40,411 nt of DNA, from contig QMRW01000002.1 of the NCBI GenBank assembly GCA_003650785.1, positions 1-40,411 on the forward strand. The letters run 5' to 3'. The notes beneath the pieces were generated by a model. The model did not search any database, was not told the origin of the DNA, and worked only from the letters and a program-made list of their open reading frames with translations. Source of the DNA: Thermoprotei archaeon. Its GTDB lineage: Archaea > Thermoproteota > Thermoprotei > Thermofilales > B20-G17. Below are positions 25,822 to 35,436 of this stretch, in pieces; within the stretch, counting starts at the first letter, position 1, and every line of letters starts with the position of its first letter. The position numbers and the translations under genes were made by a program.

Positions 25822-28279
25822 AGGTTTTAGAATAGAAAGCCTAGAGATAGAGGGATTTAGAGCATTTAACCTACCTCGTAAGTTCAAGTTAGGAGATGCT
25901 AGATTCATATTACTGATAGGGCCTATAGGCTCAGGCAAATCCTCAGTTCTAAAAGCTATAGAATACGCTCTCTATGGTTCCTCCTACGAGATTACTAGAC
26001 TAGGACCAGTTAGATTAAAACATGAAGATGTGATAAACGATTTCAAGGATATGCTGAACATAGAACTTGTACTAGGAGGAGAACATGAACTAAGAGTGGT
26101 CAGGAGTAGAAAAAGAGGAGGAGTAGGTAAACTAAGAGTTTACATCGATAATAGACCTGTTAAAGGTGAAGCTGAATCCTTTCTCAGAAGCTGTATAGTA
26201 CTGGGTCATGAGGATTTTCTAAGAGAAATAGTCATACACCATCTCATACTAAGAGATATTGTTGAAGGTGGTCCAGTAAGAAGGAGTGTAGCTTTAGATA
26301 GACTCTTTGGCATAGAGATGTTAGAGCAGACATACAAAAGCATACCACTAACCATAGTTGAGAAGAAGATAGATGAACTTAAGATGAGAATAAAGGAAGT
26401 AGATCTAGAACTAGCTAGAATAGGTTCTCTCTACACTCCTCAAGAGTTAAAATCCTTAGAGGCGGACATTGAAAGACTTCGGGAGAAAGTATCAACTATT
26501 CAGCAAGAGTACGACTATATCGAGAATCTACTCACAAAACTTGAAGAAGCTAGACTGAAGTATGGACTACTTCTAGAGAGATACAGTAACTTAGAAAGTC
26601 AACTAGAGGATATAGAGAAGAGACTAGAAGAAGTAGAGGAAGTAAGTACAGTAGAGCTTATTTCAGACATGGAGGATGTACTTGAAAACACAATTTCATT
26701 CCTCCGAGATATGTTATATGAGGATATTATTAAAGAGATCCCGAGAGGAGATGAGATATCGCTTAGTGAAAAAGTACTCAAAAGTACTAGTAAAGCTCTC
26801 GACGTAGTAAGTAGTATAGTAAGAGACCTGGAATTTAAGCTAGAAGACCTAGTGAATGAGAGGATGGAGTATAAGAGAAGGTATGATGTACTACGAAGTA
26901 GAAAACTAGACCTAGAGTCGGAAATAGAGAGGTTACTTCATTATCGCTATGAATATATGAAGCTTGTTAAGAAGTATGGAATACCAGATGACATAGAGAA
27001 GAGAATAGAGCAAAAGGAATCAGAATTTCTAAGACTCAATCGTAAGAGTAGGCAGTTAAGAAATCTGTGGGATCTCCTTAAAATACTAATAGATAGACTT
27101 AGATTGGAAAAAAAGATAGAGTGCCCTGTATGCGGTAGCAAACTCGTAGAGGATGATCTGAAAAAGATATTGGAGAGAAAAGACAGATTGGAAAAGAAAG
27201 AACTAGTAGATACTATTACAAGGATGGAGAGAATAGAAAAAGAGATTGAAAAATTAAGAGAGATTCTGGATAGAATTAAAGAGTTAGAGGAGAAAGTCAG
27301 AAAACTAGAGGAACTGGAGTTAGAGAGAGAAGAACTAGAAAGAAAAACATCGAAGTTAAACAACATACTTCAGCATGCTGAGGAAAATATCCATATAGTA
27401 AGAGATAAAATAGGAAGAGCCAAACATTTAGAAGTAAGATTACAAGATCTAATAAGTAAACTGAGCACCTATCTTGAAAGAAAAGATCTAATTGAGAAGC
27501 AAAAGGAGCTTCATAGTAAATTAAAGAGCATTAAAGAAGAGTTGGAGAAATTGAAGTATGAAGAAGATAGGTACTTAAAATTAAAGAAAAAGAGAGAAGA
27601 GCTGAGGAGGACACTGTTCGAAAATAGAGTTAAGCTGGAGAGTATGCTCAAGGACTATGAAAGAACGAAAAAAGAGCTGGAAAAGGCTCATTATTTATTC
27701 AAAAATAAGGAGCTATTAGAGAAAAAATTAAGAGATCTCGAGACACTACATAAGCGTCTTAAGAGTGTTAGAAATCTCCTAAGAGTAGTACAAGCTGATC
27801 TTAGGACTCGCATGCTAGAGAGGATAAGGAGTAACATGAATAAGACCTTCAGACAACTCTATGTACATCCAGATCTAGTAGAGGTAGATATAAGAGCAGT
27901 CGAGGTAGCCAAGAGGAGTATATACGAAATATATGTAAGACGAAGTAGTGATGGAGAATGGGTGCCTATATACTCGAAACTCAGTGATGGTCAAAGACTA
28001 ATGATAGCTCTATCCCTACTTCTCTCTATATACAAATTATATCCACATAACATAGATTTTATATTACTAGATGAACCCTTTGCTAACATAAATGGAGAAT
28101 GTAGAAAATCTATTCTCAAACTCCTAGCGAGAACCGATAGTCCTCAACAGGTGCTCATAGCAACGCAAGACGAAACTATAATAAGTCTTATAAAAAAGAT
28201 AATCGATAAGGACAAGATAATAGTATACAAACTAACCTATGGAGGAGTAGAAGGCCCTAGAGTTACTAGGATACATTAG
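25814..28279 (+). CDS. rkd-4: Arcadin-4, Rad50/SMC-like coiled-coil ATPase with zinc hook
   Basis: IEGFRAF, Walker A GPIGSGKSS, long coiled coils, central CPVCG, LSDGQR signature, Walker B ILLDEP. Confidence 0.85.
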   Translation: MSRGFRIESLEIEGFRAFNLPRKFKLGDARFILLIGPIGSGKSSVLKAIEYALYGSSYEITRLGPVRLKHEDVINDFKDMLNIELVLGGEHELRVVRSRKRGGVGKLRVYIDNRPVKGEAESFLRSCIVLGHEDFLREIVIHHLILRDIVEGGPVRRSVALDRLFGIEMLEQTYKSIPLTIVEKKIDELKMRIKEVDLELARIGSLYTPQELKSLEADIERLREKVSTIQQEYDYIENLLTKLEEARLKYGLLLERYSNLESQLEDIEKRLEEVEEVSTVELISDMEDVLENTISFLRDMLYEDIIKEIPRGDEISLSEKVLKSTSKALDVVSSIVRDLEFKLEDLVNERMEYKRRYDVLRSRKLDLESEIERLLHYRYEYMKLVKKYGIPDDIEKRIEQKESEFLRLNRKSRQLRNLWDLLKILIDRLRLEKKIECPVCGSKLVEDDLKKILERKDRLEKKELVDTITRMERIEKEIEKLREILDRIKELEEKVRKLEELELEREELERKTSKLNNILQHAEENIHIVRDKIGRAKHLEVRLQDLISKLSTYLERKDLIEKQKELHSKLKSIKEELEKLKYEEDRYLKLKKKREELRRTLFENRVKLESMLKDYERTKKELEKAHYLFKNKELLEKKLRDLETLHKRLKSVRNLLRVVQADLRTRMLERIRSNMNKTFRQLYVHPDLVEVDIRAVEVAKRSIYEIYVRRSSDGEWVPIYSKLSDGQRLMIALSLLLSIYKLYPHNIDFILLDEPFANINGECRKSILKLLARTDSPQQVLIATQDETIISLIKKIIDKDKIIVYKLTYGGVEGPRVTRIH

Positions 28280-28286
28280 GATCACT

Positions 28287-29996
28287 ATGGACACATTCAT
28301 AATAGTGGATGGCTATACTGATGAGCCAGCTGGTCTAGGTGTCCCACCATATCTTGATGTCTATCCACGATATGTGGCTGGTGCTATATGGAGTGTCATT
28401 CCTTCAGCTAGGATACTCTATTTTACTATAGATGAAGTACGTGCTAAATTCGATGAATTTCTTGGGCTGGCTCAAAAGGCTAGAGTCGTGATTGTAATAG
28501 CTGGAGTTGCAGTACCCGGTAAGTATCTCGGTGGTACACCTATTACACTTTCAGAATTAGAGCTTCTCAGTAGGATTATAGAAAAGCCAATAAAGATACT
28601 GGGAGGACCTGTCGCTATGTTTGGGATTGGAAGTGAAGGAGGGAGAGTTGCAGAACTTCCCGATAGATTGAAAGAAGACTATGACTTGGTAGTCAAAGGT
28701 GATATTGAGCTGGCAGTGTATGAGCTTCTCGTGAACAATTATTCTCTGGAAAAGGTATCGACTGAGATTACTAGAAGAGACTATAGGCTAATTAATACCT
28801 TCGCAAGAAGAGGAGCTAAGATTGTAATGCAACACCCAAATTACTCTAGAAATCTGATAGTAGAGATAGAGACCTTTAGAGGATGTCCACGATACATAGT
28901 AGGTGGATGTTCATTCTGCATAGAGCCCTTGTATGGAAGTGTGGTATTTCGACCTATAGAGGATATTCTCCTAGAAATAGAGGCCCTGTACTCCTTCGGA
29001 GTGGATTGTTTCAGAATAGGGAGACAGACTGATCTATACTCATATATGGCTAAAGATGTTGGAAAAGAGGAATTTCCTAAACCTAATCCCCAGGCTATAG
29101 AGGCCCTCTTTAGAGGTATTAGAAACATAGCCCCTAGATTAAGAGTGTTACATATAGATAATGTAAATCCAGGTACTCTTGCACATCACGAGAAAGAGGC
29201 TAGAGAGATAACCAAGATCATCATAGAATACCATACTCCAGGAGATGTTGCGGCTCTTGGAGTAGAAAGTGCAGACCCCAGAGTGATTAAATTGAATAAT
29301 TTAAAGGCTACTCCCGAAGAGTCTATGAAGGCTATAGAAATCCTCAATGAAATAGGAAGACGTAGGGGATATAATGGATTACCGGAACTACTCCCTGGAG
29401 TTAATTTTGTAGCTGGATTATTAGGAGAGACTAAAGAGACTTATATACTCAACTATGAGTTCTTAAGGGAGGTCCTGGCTAGAGGCCTACTACTGAGACG
29501 TATAAACATAAGACAGGTGCTAGTATTTCCGCATACACGTATGTGGGAAGTAGGTATTAGGATAATTGCAAGGCATAAGAGATACTTCCATGCGTTTAAA
29601 AAGAAGGTTAGGGAAAATATCGATAGGATTATGTTAGAGAGAGTTATTCCTCGCTATACTGTATTAAAGGATGTCTTCACTGAAGCATATAAGGGAGAAT
29701 ATACATTGGCAAGACAAGTAGGTGCTTATCCTATACTAGTTTATATTCCCTATAGAATTCCACTGTTTAGGTATATTGATGTGGCTGTAGTAGATTATGG
29801 CTATAGATCTATTACAGGACTTCCAACTCCCCTGAATATAAATTCAGCTCCCCGTAAAGTCCTAGAGAAGGTGCCTGGTTTGGGTAGATCGACTGTTGCT
29901 GAAATTCTTTCTAAAAGACCTCTTAAGAGATTGAAAGATCTTAATGGTATAGAAACTCCTATCAGATTATCGCTTGAGGATAGATTTAGGTTTTAA
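28287..29996 (+). CDS. Radical SAM protein with C-terminal helix-hairpin-helix (COG1031-like)
   Basis: DGYTDEPAGLGVPPY, ETFRGCPRYIVGGCSFC (CX7CX2C), HIDNVNP, RRINIRQV and HhH NINSA...VPGLG. Confidence 0.92.
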   Translation: MDTFIIVDGYTDEPAGLGVPPYLDVYPRYVAGAIWSVIPSARILYFTIDEVRAKFDEFLGLAQKARVVIVIAGVAVPGKYLGGTPITLSELELLSRIIEKPIKILGGPVAMFGIGSEGGRVAELPDRLKEDYDLVVKGDIELAVYELLVNNYSLEKVSTEITRRDYRLINTFARRGAKIVMQHPNYSRNLIVEIETFRGCPRYIVGGCSFCIEPLYGSVVFRPIEDILLEIEALYSFGVDCFRIGRQTDLYSYMAKDVGKEEFPKPNPQAIEALFRGIRNIAPRLRVLHIDNVNPGTLAHHEKEAREITKIIIEYHTPGDVAALGVESADPRVIKLNNLKATPEESMKAIEILNEIGRRRGYNGLPELLPGVNFVAGLLGETKETYILNYEFLREVLARGLLLRRINIRQVLVFPHTRMWEVGIRIIARHKRYFHAFKKKVRENIDRIMLERVIPRYTVLKDVFTEAYKGEYTLARQVGAYPILVYIPYRIPLFRYIDVAVVDYGYRSITGLPTPLNINSAPRKVLEKVPGLGRSTVAEILSKRPLKRLKDLNGIETPIRLSLEDRFRF

Positions 29997-29998
29997 AT

Positions 29999-32188
29999 TT
30001 ACTCATATAGAAAGTCCTCAAGTGTTCCTACTCTTCTTCTAGTCATATTTTCATACTTCCCTACATCATCGGCATTCTTGAATATATTAGCTAATACTCC
30101 TGGTCCTATAGACGGTATTGAGAGTAGTTTAGCCTTAGGTGCAGTGAGTATATCACTTAGACTCTTAAAACCATAGTTGTAGAGCATACGCGCTCTTACC
30201 CTCCCTATTCCCTTGATACGTGTGAGCTCTAATAGCTCCTCCTTCACTCCGTACTTTACTCTTTCTCTAAGTGTGGATAGGGGCTTAAGATGATGATGCA
30301 TTCCATAAAGCTTAGCTAGTTCATGTGCTGAATACAGTAGCCATTCAGCTCTCTCTGAAATGGAGTATATATCTCCCGGACCTACATCATATTTCTCTAT
30401 TACTCTATCTTCCGAGAGCTCATTTATCCAGTCATTTAATAGAAGAGCTACCTTAAGCTTAGCTAGGAATACCTCTAGTTCGAATTCGTCCTCTGGTGGT
30501 TTATAAGCCAACTTGTTGTAATTTCTTCTTATCCACTCGTTTAGTTTTCTTCTCTCTCCTCTCCTCAAGTACAGTGTGGGCATATCCGGGGTCTGAACCA
30601 CTATGTGTAGGTAGGCAAATTCATGTGGTTCTTTAAGCTCCTTTAATGAGCTTATGATAAGTTTGGCTGTGAGGGGATCTATGTATAGTTCGGAGACTCT
30701 TCGTCCTAATACTGTAGCTACTATATGTTCACCTTTTACCTCTATGAATTCATTGCTTCTAAGGAAATTTATTATCCTCTTTATCATACTCCTTATCATC
30801 AGTAGTGACCCCTGTCTACTAAACAAACTTCTACCAAGTAGCTTGAATATTTCCTCAATAGTGTTGGCAAATCCAGTGGATAGTATAGCTAATATATGGG
30901 CTCTAAGTATAGGCTCTGCTGATAGTCTCGATATTATGTTCTCTGGCTTGGATAATACATATCTCTCCATTAAATATTCGACTTCATCTCTATTTCTAGC
31001 TATTAGTATGGACTCTCCCCACTTATCGTACTTAGGTCTTCCAGCTCTTCCGCTCATCTGCTTATACTCCATGATAGGAATTTCTTCATAGATTCCAATT
31101 TCGCTGTTATACCTCTTATAGTCGTATATTACGACTCTTCTAGCGGGTAAGTTGACACCTGCTGCTAGTGTAGGTGTTGCAGTAATTACTTTAATTATAT
31201 TCTCTCTAAAGCTATCCTCTATGATCCTTCTACACCTATGGGAGAGCCCTGCATGATGAAAGGCTATACCGCATCTTACACACTTTACAAGTTGCTCCGT
31301 TATTCTATTCCTCTCGCCTTCTAGAATAGCTCTCGAGATATCAAATAGTCTATCTCTCTCCTCTTTCCTGAGTAGTTTTGATACGTAAGGCGTTAAATTT
31401 GAAGCTAGAGTTACTGCTCTCTGTCTAGTACTAGTGAATACTAGTACCTGCCCCCCATTCTCTATAGCTTCGAGTGTTAGGTTTACTATGCTACTCCCAT
31501 AGCTCTTCATTATCGCCTTACATGATCCGTCAGGATATACAATGGTCTGGTCTAGGTACACTCCCTCCTTAAGAGGTACAGGTCTCCAATCACTCCTGAT
31601 TAGTTCCGCATTTAACCATTGGGCTATCTCTTCAGCATTACTTATAGTAGCACTTAAGGCTATGAACTGAGCTTCTGGTAGGAGATGTTTGAGTATTGTA
31701 ATCAGTATTTCAAGTGTTGCTCCTCTTTTTCTACTTCCTACTAAGTGTATTTCATCGATTACTACTGTTCCCACCTTGCGAAGCCATGGAGCTTTATGTC
31801 TAATTAGGCTATCGGCCTTCTCATTTGTTGTCACTATTACATCGTAGTTCTCTAACCATGGATCTGAACTGTCGTAGTCTCCTGTAGTTAATGCTACTTT
31901 AAGACCTAGTTCAGAGTATTTCGATACATCCCTGTATTTTTCCAAAGCTAGTGCTCTCAAGGGGGTCAGGTATATGGCTTTACATCTTTTTTCTAGAAAG
32001 TTCTTTACTATTGCTAACTCTGCTATCAGAGTCTTTCCTGATGCTGTTGGTGCTGAGACTACTATATCTCTACCCTCTAGAACTCCTCTTTCTATAGCCT
32101 CTCTTTGAGGAGGAAAAAGCCTAGTGATTCCGTACTTTTTTAGGATTAATCTTACTCTTTCGTCGATGTCTATTTCCTCTACATTCAT
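29999..32188 (-). CDS. hel308: Ski2-like DNA helicase Hel308/Hjm
   Basis: PTASGKT, DEIH, LSAT, TPTLAAGVNLPA, QMSGRAGRP, HhH GIGRVRAR and a PIP-like tail GTLEDFL. Confidence 0.95.
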   Translation of the reverse strand: MNVEEIDIDERVRLILKKYGITRLFPPQREAIERGVLEGRDIVVSAPTASGKTLIAELAIVKNFLEKRCKAIYLTPLRALALEKYRDVSKYSELGLKVALTTGDYDSSDPWLENYDVIVTTNEKADSLIRHKAPWLRKVGTVVIDEIHLVGSRKRGATLEILITILKHLLPEAQFIALSATISNAEEIAQWLNAELIRSDWRPVPLKEGVYLDQTIVYPDGSCKAIMKSYGSSIVNLTLEAIENGGQVLVFTSTRQRAVTLASNLTPYVSKLLRKEERDRLFDISRAILEGERNRITEQLVKCVRCGIAFHHAGLSHRCRRIIEDSFRENIIKVITATPTLAAGVNLPARRVVIYDYKRYNSEIGIYEEIPIMEYKQMSGRAGRPKYDKWGESILIARNRDEVEYLMERYVLSKPENIISRLSAEPILRAHILAILSTGFANTIEEIFKLLGRSLFSRQGSLLMIRSMIKRIINFLRSNEFIEVKGEHIVATVLGRRVSELYIDPLTAKLIISSLKELKEPHEFAYLHIVVQTPDMPTLYLRRGERRKLNEWIRRNYNKLAYKPPEDEFELEVFLAKLKVALLLNDWINELSEDRVIEKYDVGPGDIYSISERAEWLLYSAHELAKLYGMHHHLKPLSTLRERVKYGVKEELLELTRIKGIGRVRARMLYNYGFKSLSDILTAPKAKLLSIPSIGPGVLANIFKNADDVGKYENMTRRRVGTLEDFLYE

Positions 32189-32192
32189 GGTC

Positions 32193-34298
32193 TCAAGTCT
32201 TCTTTATATATCCACTTCTAGGCTCATATATCTCTCCTTCTCGCTTGAGATGATCAAGTGCTTTTTCTATGAATACCCTATCTAGTCCCTCTTTTTCCGC
32301 TCTTTCATAGAGTACGTCTATCTTAATAGGCTTCCCTTTATTCTCTTCCTCTAGTTTCCTAATTAGTTCCATGAGTCTGATGAATTTCTCTCTCTGAGAT
32401 TTAGGCTTTCCCGTCATGACTATGTCTATATCTATTCTTTTAGTCTCCATATCCATACCTACATTCTTTAGGTAGTACATCATCAACTCTATAGCTACTT
32501 CTACATCCTTGACAGTAACAGTATCGCTTAGTTTCATCTTAGCATTAGCTTCTGCTAATCTTATGAGTGCCTCAAGTTGTCTTGGAGTTATAGTAACTGG
32601 AGCATTAGGATCTTCACCACGTTTCCTCATTTCAACATAGAATCTTACTAGTCTCTCCTCAGCTTCTGGTGATAGCTTTGGATGTATGTACTTCTTCGCA
32701 TATGCAATATACTTCTTGAGCAGATCTAAGGGGATATATTCTGGATATACTCGTTCAAATGCTTTACTATGCATTCTCACTAGATGCTGTGCCAGTCTAG
32801 AGTCTCTTTCCTCCTCAGGTACATCCGTTATGACAAATATGAGGTCGAACCTAGATAGTATTGTTACAGGTAGGTCTATATTCTCAGCTATAGTCCTATT
32901 AGGTAGATATCGTCCATAGGCTGGATTTGCTGCAGCAAGTATAGCAGCCCTTGCGTTAAGTCTAGCAACTATACCTGCCTTAGCTATGCTTACGGTCTGT
33001 TGCTCCATCGCTTCGTGTATACTGACTCTATCCCTAGGATCCATCTTGTCGAATTCATCAATACATGCTACACCTCCATCAGCTAGAACTAAAGCCCCTG
33101 CCTCAAGATAGAATTCCCCAGTGGTCTTATCTCTTACTACCGCCGCGGTAAGGCCGGCTGCAGTGGATCCCTTTCCAGTAGTGTAGATAGCCCTAGGCGC
33201 TAATGATGCTATATATCTTAGTAACTGGCTCTTGGCGGTTCCTGGATCTCCCACTAGTAGTATATTTATATCTCCTCTTACTCTAACACCGTCTGGAAAT
33301 ACTTTAGGCTCTCCACCGAAGAGGAGACAGGCAATACCTTTCTTAATAATATCATAGCCATATATCGAGGGGGCTATGGATTTGACTATTAATTCTTCAA
33401 TATCTTCCCTACTAGCCAACTGTAGGATTTTCTTGACATCATCTGGAGTTAGCTCTACTTCAAAGAATTCTTTACCTTCTACTTCGATAGAGTTGACATC
33501 AATATAGGCGCTAAAGAGAGGAGGTCTATCCTTTCTCAGAGTTCTTTCATGCCTGACCTTGAGGATACCTAAAATCTTCACTCTGTCTCCAGGTCTTATA
33601 ATGTCCACTAAATCCTCCACTAGTACTGCCTCTATAGACCTAGGTATCTGTCCAGGAGGGAGTTCCTCAGGTCTCTCCTGTATTACTACCTTCTGCCATT
33701 CTATGAAATCACTCTCTTCAGGTATAAGCTCGTAGTCTCTTCTCCTAATTCCTATGCTCTTTGTCTCGGATGTCTCTATAGATCCTTCTTGTGGTTGTAC
33801 AAAGCCTCTATCTTGAGGTACTTTGACAATCAATCCCGTTGTCCTATCTATGAACACGGCATTCTTAAGGAGGTACTTTATAGGAGAGATTCTTGTTACG
33901 ATACCTTCTATAGCTATAAGTTTCCCTATATATTGTGCCTTTAATTTTCTGAGGGGGATTATTATATCCTCAGGTGGATTTATCATTCTAGCATAAAACC
34001 TCTTTACCTTAGAAAAGTACCTAGGGTTCTCTATCTGAACGAGATCAGCTAGCGCCTGAGATGCCAGTTCTAGGTACTTCTCTGGATTGTCTACTAGTTT
34101 TGATGCCAGTTCTCTATCGTACTCTATCAAATCATTAAAGTCTATATGGAGGGAAATTTCACCTTCTAGACACATTTCGCGTACCTTATTTCTATACTTG
34201 TACTCATCAGTAGGGGTTTTGAATTTCTTCAAAAAATCTAGAAATCTTTCTTTAAAGTCTTCTTTCTCTACAGTGATTTCTTCAAGCTTCTCACTCAA
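32193..34298 (-). CDS. mcm: Replicative helicase MCM
   Basis: QERPEELPPGQIPRS, GDPGTAKSQ, IDEFDKM, SRFD, TPRQLE and a C-terminal winged helix. No intein. Confidence 0.97.
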   Translation of the reverse strand: MSEKLEEITVEKEDFKERFLDFLKKFKTPTDEYKYRNKVREMCLEGEISLHIDFNDLIEYDRELASKLVDNPEKYLELASQALADLVQIENPRYFSKVKRFYARMINPPEDIIIPLRKLKAQYIGKLIAIEGIVTRISPIKYLLKNAVFIDRTTGLIVKVPQDRGFVQPQEGSIETSETKSIGIRRRDYELIPEESDFIEWQKVVIQERPEELPPGQIPRSIEAVLVEDLVDIIRPGDRVKILGILKVRHERTLRKDRPPLFSAYIDVNSIEVEGKEFFEVELTPDDVKKILQLASREDIEELIVKSIAPSIYGYDIIKKGIACLLFGGEPKVFPDGVRVRGDINILLVGDPGTAKSQLLRYIASLAPRAIYTTGKGSTAAGLTAAVVRDKTTGEFYLEAGALVLADGGVACIDEFDKMDPRDRVSIHEAMEQQTVSIAKAGIVARLNARAAILAAANPAYGRYLPNRTIAENIDLPVTILSRFDLIFVITDVPEEERDSRLAQHLVRMHSKAFERVYPEYIPLDLLKKYIAYAKKYIHPKLSPEAEERLVRFYVEMRKRGEDPNAPVTITPRQLEALIRLAEANAKMKLSDTVTVKDVEVAIELMMYYLKNVGMDMETKRIDIDIVMTGKPKSQREKFIRLMELIRKLEEENKGKPIKIDVLYERAEKEGLDRVFIEKALDHLKREGEIYEPRSGYIKKT

Positions 34299-34747
34299 TC
34301 TCCCCCACCCACATATCTAGACATATAGTTCTCCCATGCAGCTACGGTTTTACACAGTGTATTATACAGCACTTTCTCTTCAAAACTCATCTTATCCATG
34401 AGTTCCTTAGACGCCCTGGGGTTAGTGCTCACTATTCCTAGAATTTTCTGAAGTCTCCTCCTTAGTAGATCTACAGCAAGACATTCCATCCTATCGGCCA
34501 TCTTTTCATCCTTATTTTCCTTCATTATCTTGATATAGCTTGACAGTCTTGTGTAGAAATCCGCTGGTATAGCCTGAAGTTCGTCTGTACGCTCCTCTTT
34601 CCACAGTAACTTCTTTAGGCCTATGTCCATCGATACAGTCTCCTCTCTAGCTACTTCTTCAGTATAGCCCTCAGTAATTACGGCTAGATCCTTCTCGCTT
34701 CCCATCGATGTCAGTATTCTGTGAAGTAGTTTGAGCATTGCTACCAT
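34295..34747 (-). CDS. gins23: GINS subunit Gins23, short form
   Basis: A-domain motifs ELQAIPADFY, DLLRRRLQKIL, MSFEEKVLY. Overlaps the mcm start. Start may be 34777, 34747 or 34738. Confidence 0.8.
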   Translation of the reverse strand: MVAMLKLLHRILTSMGSEKDLAVITEGYTEEVAREETVSMDIGLKKLLWKEERTDELQAIPADFYTRLSSYIKIMKENKDEKMADRMECLAVDLLRRRLQKILGIVSTNPRASKELMDKMSFEEKVLYNTLCKTVAAWENYMSRYVGGGD

Positions 34748-34951
34748 CGTATATGTAGAGAAGACTACCAAAAACATGATTGTGAGAGATAAGTGAAAGT
34801 ACTAGGTATATGTTCTCTTAGAAATATCTAGCACTAGAATGTTTCTATTTAGCTAACTGGTCACCTGATCATTAACATAAATTTAATCAAGCAATAGCAG
34901 TGTACTACGGGAGCCTCTATAGCAAAATTTATATCTAGCACATTGGAAAAG

Positions 34952-34984
34952 ATATCCTACGAATGAGCTATGAGGAGGTGATAT
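34952..34984 (+). promoter_or_regulatory. Putative kink-turn/K-loop in the rpl7ae 5' UTR covering the SD
   Basis: ATATC(34952-56) pairs with GATAT(34980-84). D-like ACGA and C-like ATGAGGA supply tandem G.A pairs, and SD GGAGGTGA lies in the stem. TATA TTTATAT at 34928. Confidence 0.6.
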
Positions 34985-34988
34985 ACCT

Positions 34989-35381
34989 ATGTCGAGCGAA
35001 AAACCATTCTACGTACGGTTTAGTGTACCCCCAGAACTAGCTGAAAGAGCCTATGAAGCTCTTAGGAGAGCAAGAGAGAGTGGAGGAGCTATAAGAAAGG
35101 GAACAAACGAAACTACTAAAATGATAGAGAGAGGACTTGCTAAGTTGGTACTGATAGCTGAGGATGTAGATCCACCGGAAATAGTAGCCCATCTACCACT
35201 TCTCTGTGAGGAGAAGAAAGTACCCTACATTTATGTACCATCTAAGAAGAGACTTGGAGAGGTAGCAGGCATACACTCAGCAGCCTCAGCATGTATAGTA
35301 GATCCAGGAGAGGCTAAACCACTAGTAGATGAAATCATAAGAAAAGTTCAAGAGGTAAAAGTTAAAGGTACTACAGAGTAG
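34989..35381 (+). CDS. rpl7ae: Ribosomal/sRNP protein L7Ae (eL8)
   Basis: [29 protein letters not shown]. Confidence 0.97.
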   Translation: MSSEKPFYVRFSVPPELAERAYEALRRARESGGAIRKGTNETTKMIERGLAKLVLIAEDVDPPEIVAHLPLLCEEKKVPYIYVPSKKRLGEVAGIHSAASACIVDPGEAKPLVDEIIRKVQEVKVKGTTE

Positions 35382-35436
35382 CAGTACTCTAGGCAAAACT
35401 TAATTTAACACCTTTTTTAATACTCTAGGGATCTAG

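Noticed and set aside
25814-28279. SMC-like gene as a defence system (Wadjet, Lamassu) or canonical rad50
   Set aside because: No cognate partners or mre11/herA/nurA nearby, and synteny matches arcadin-4.
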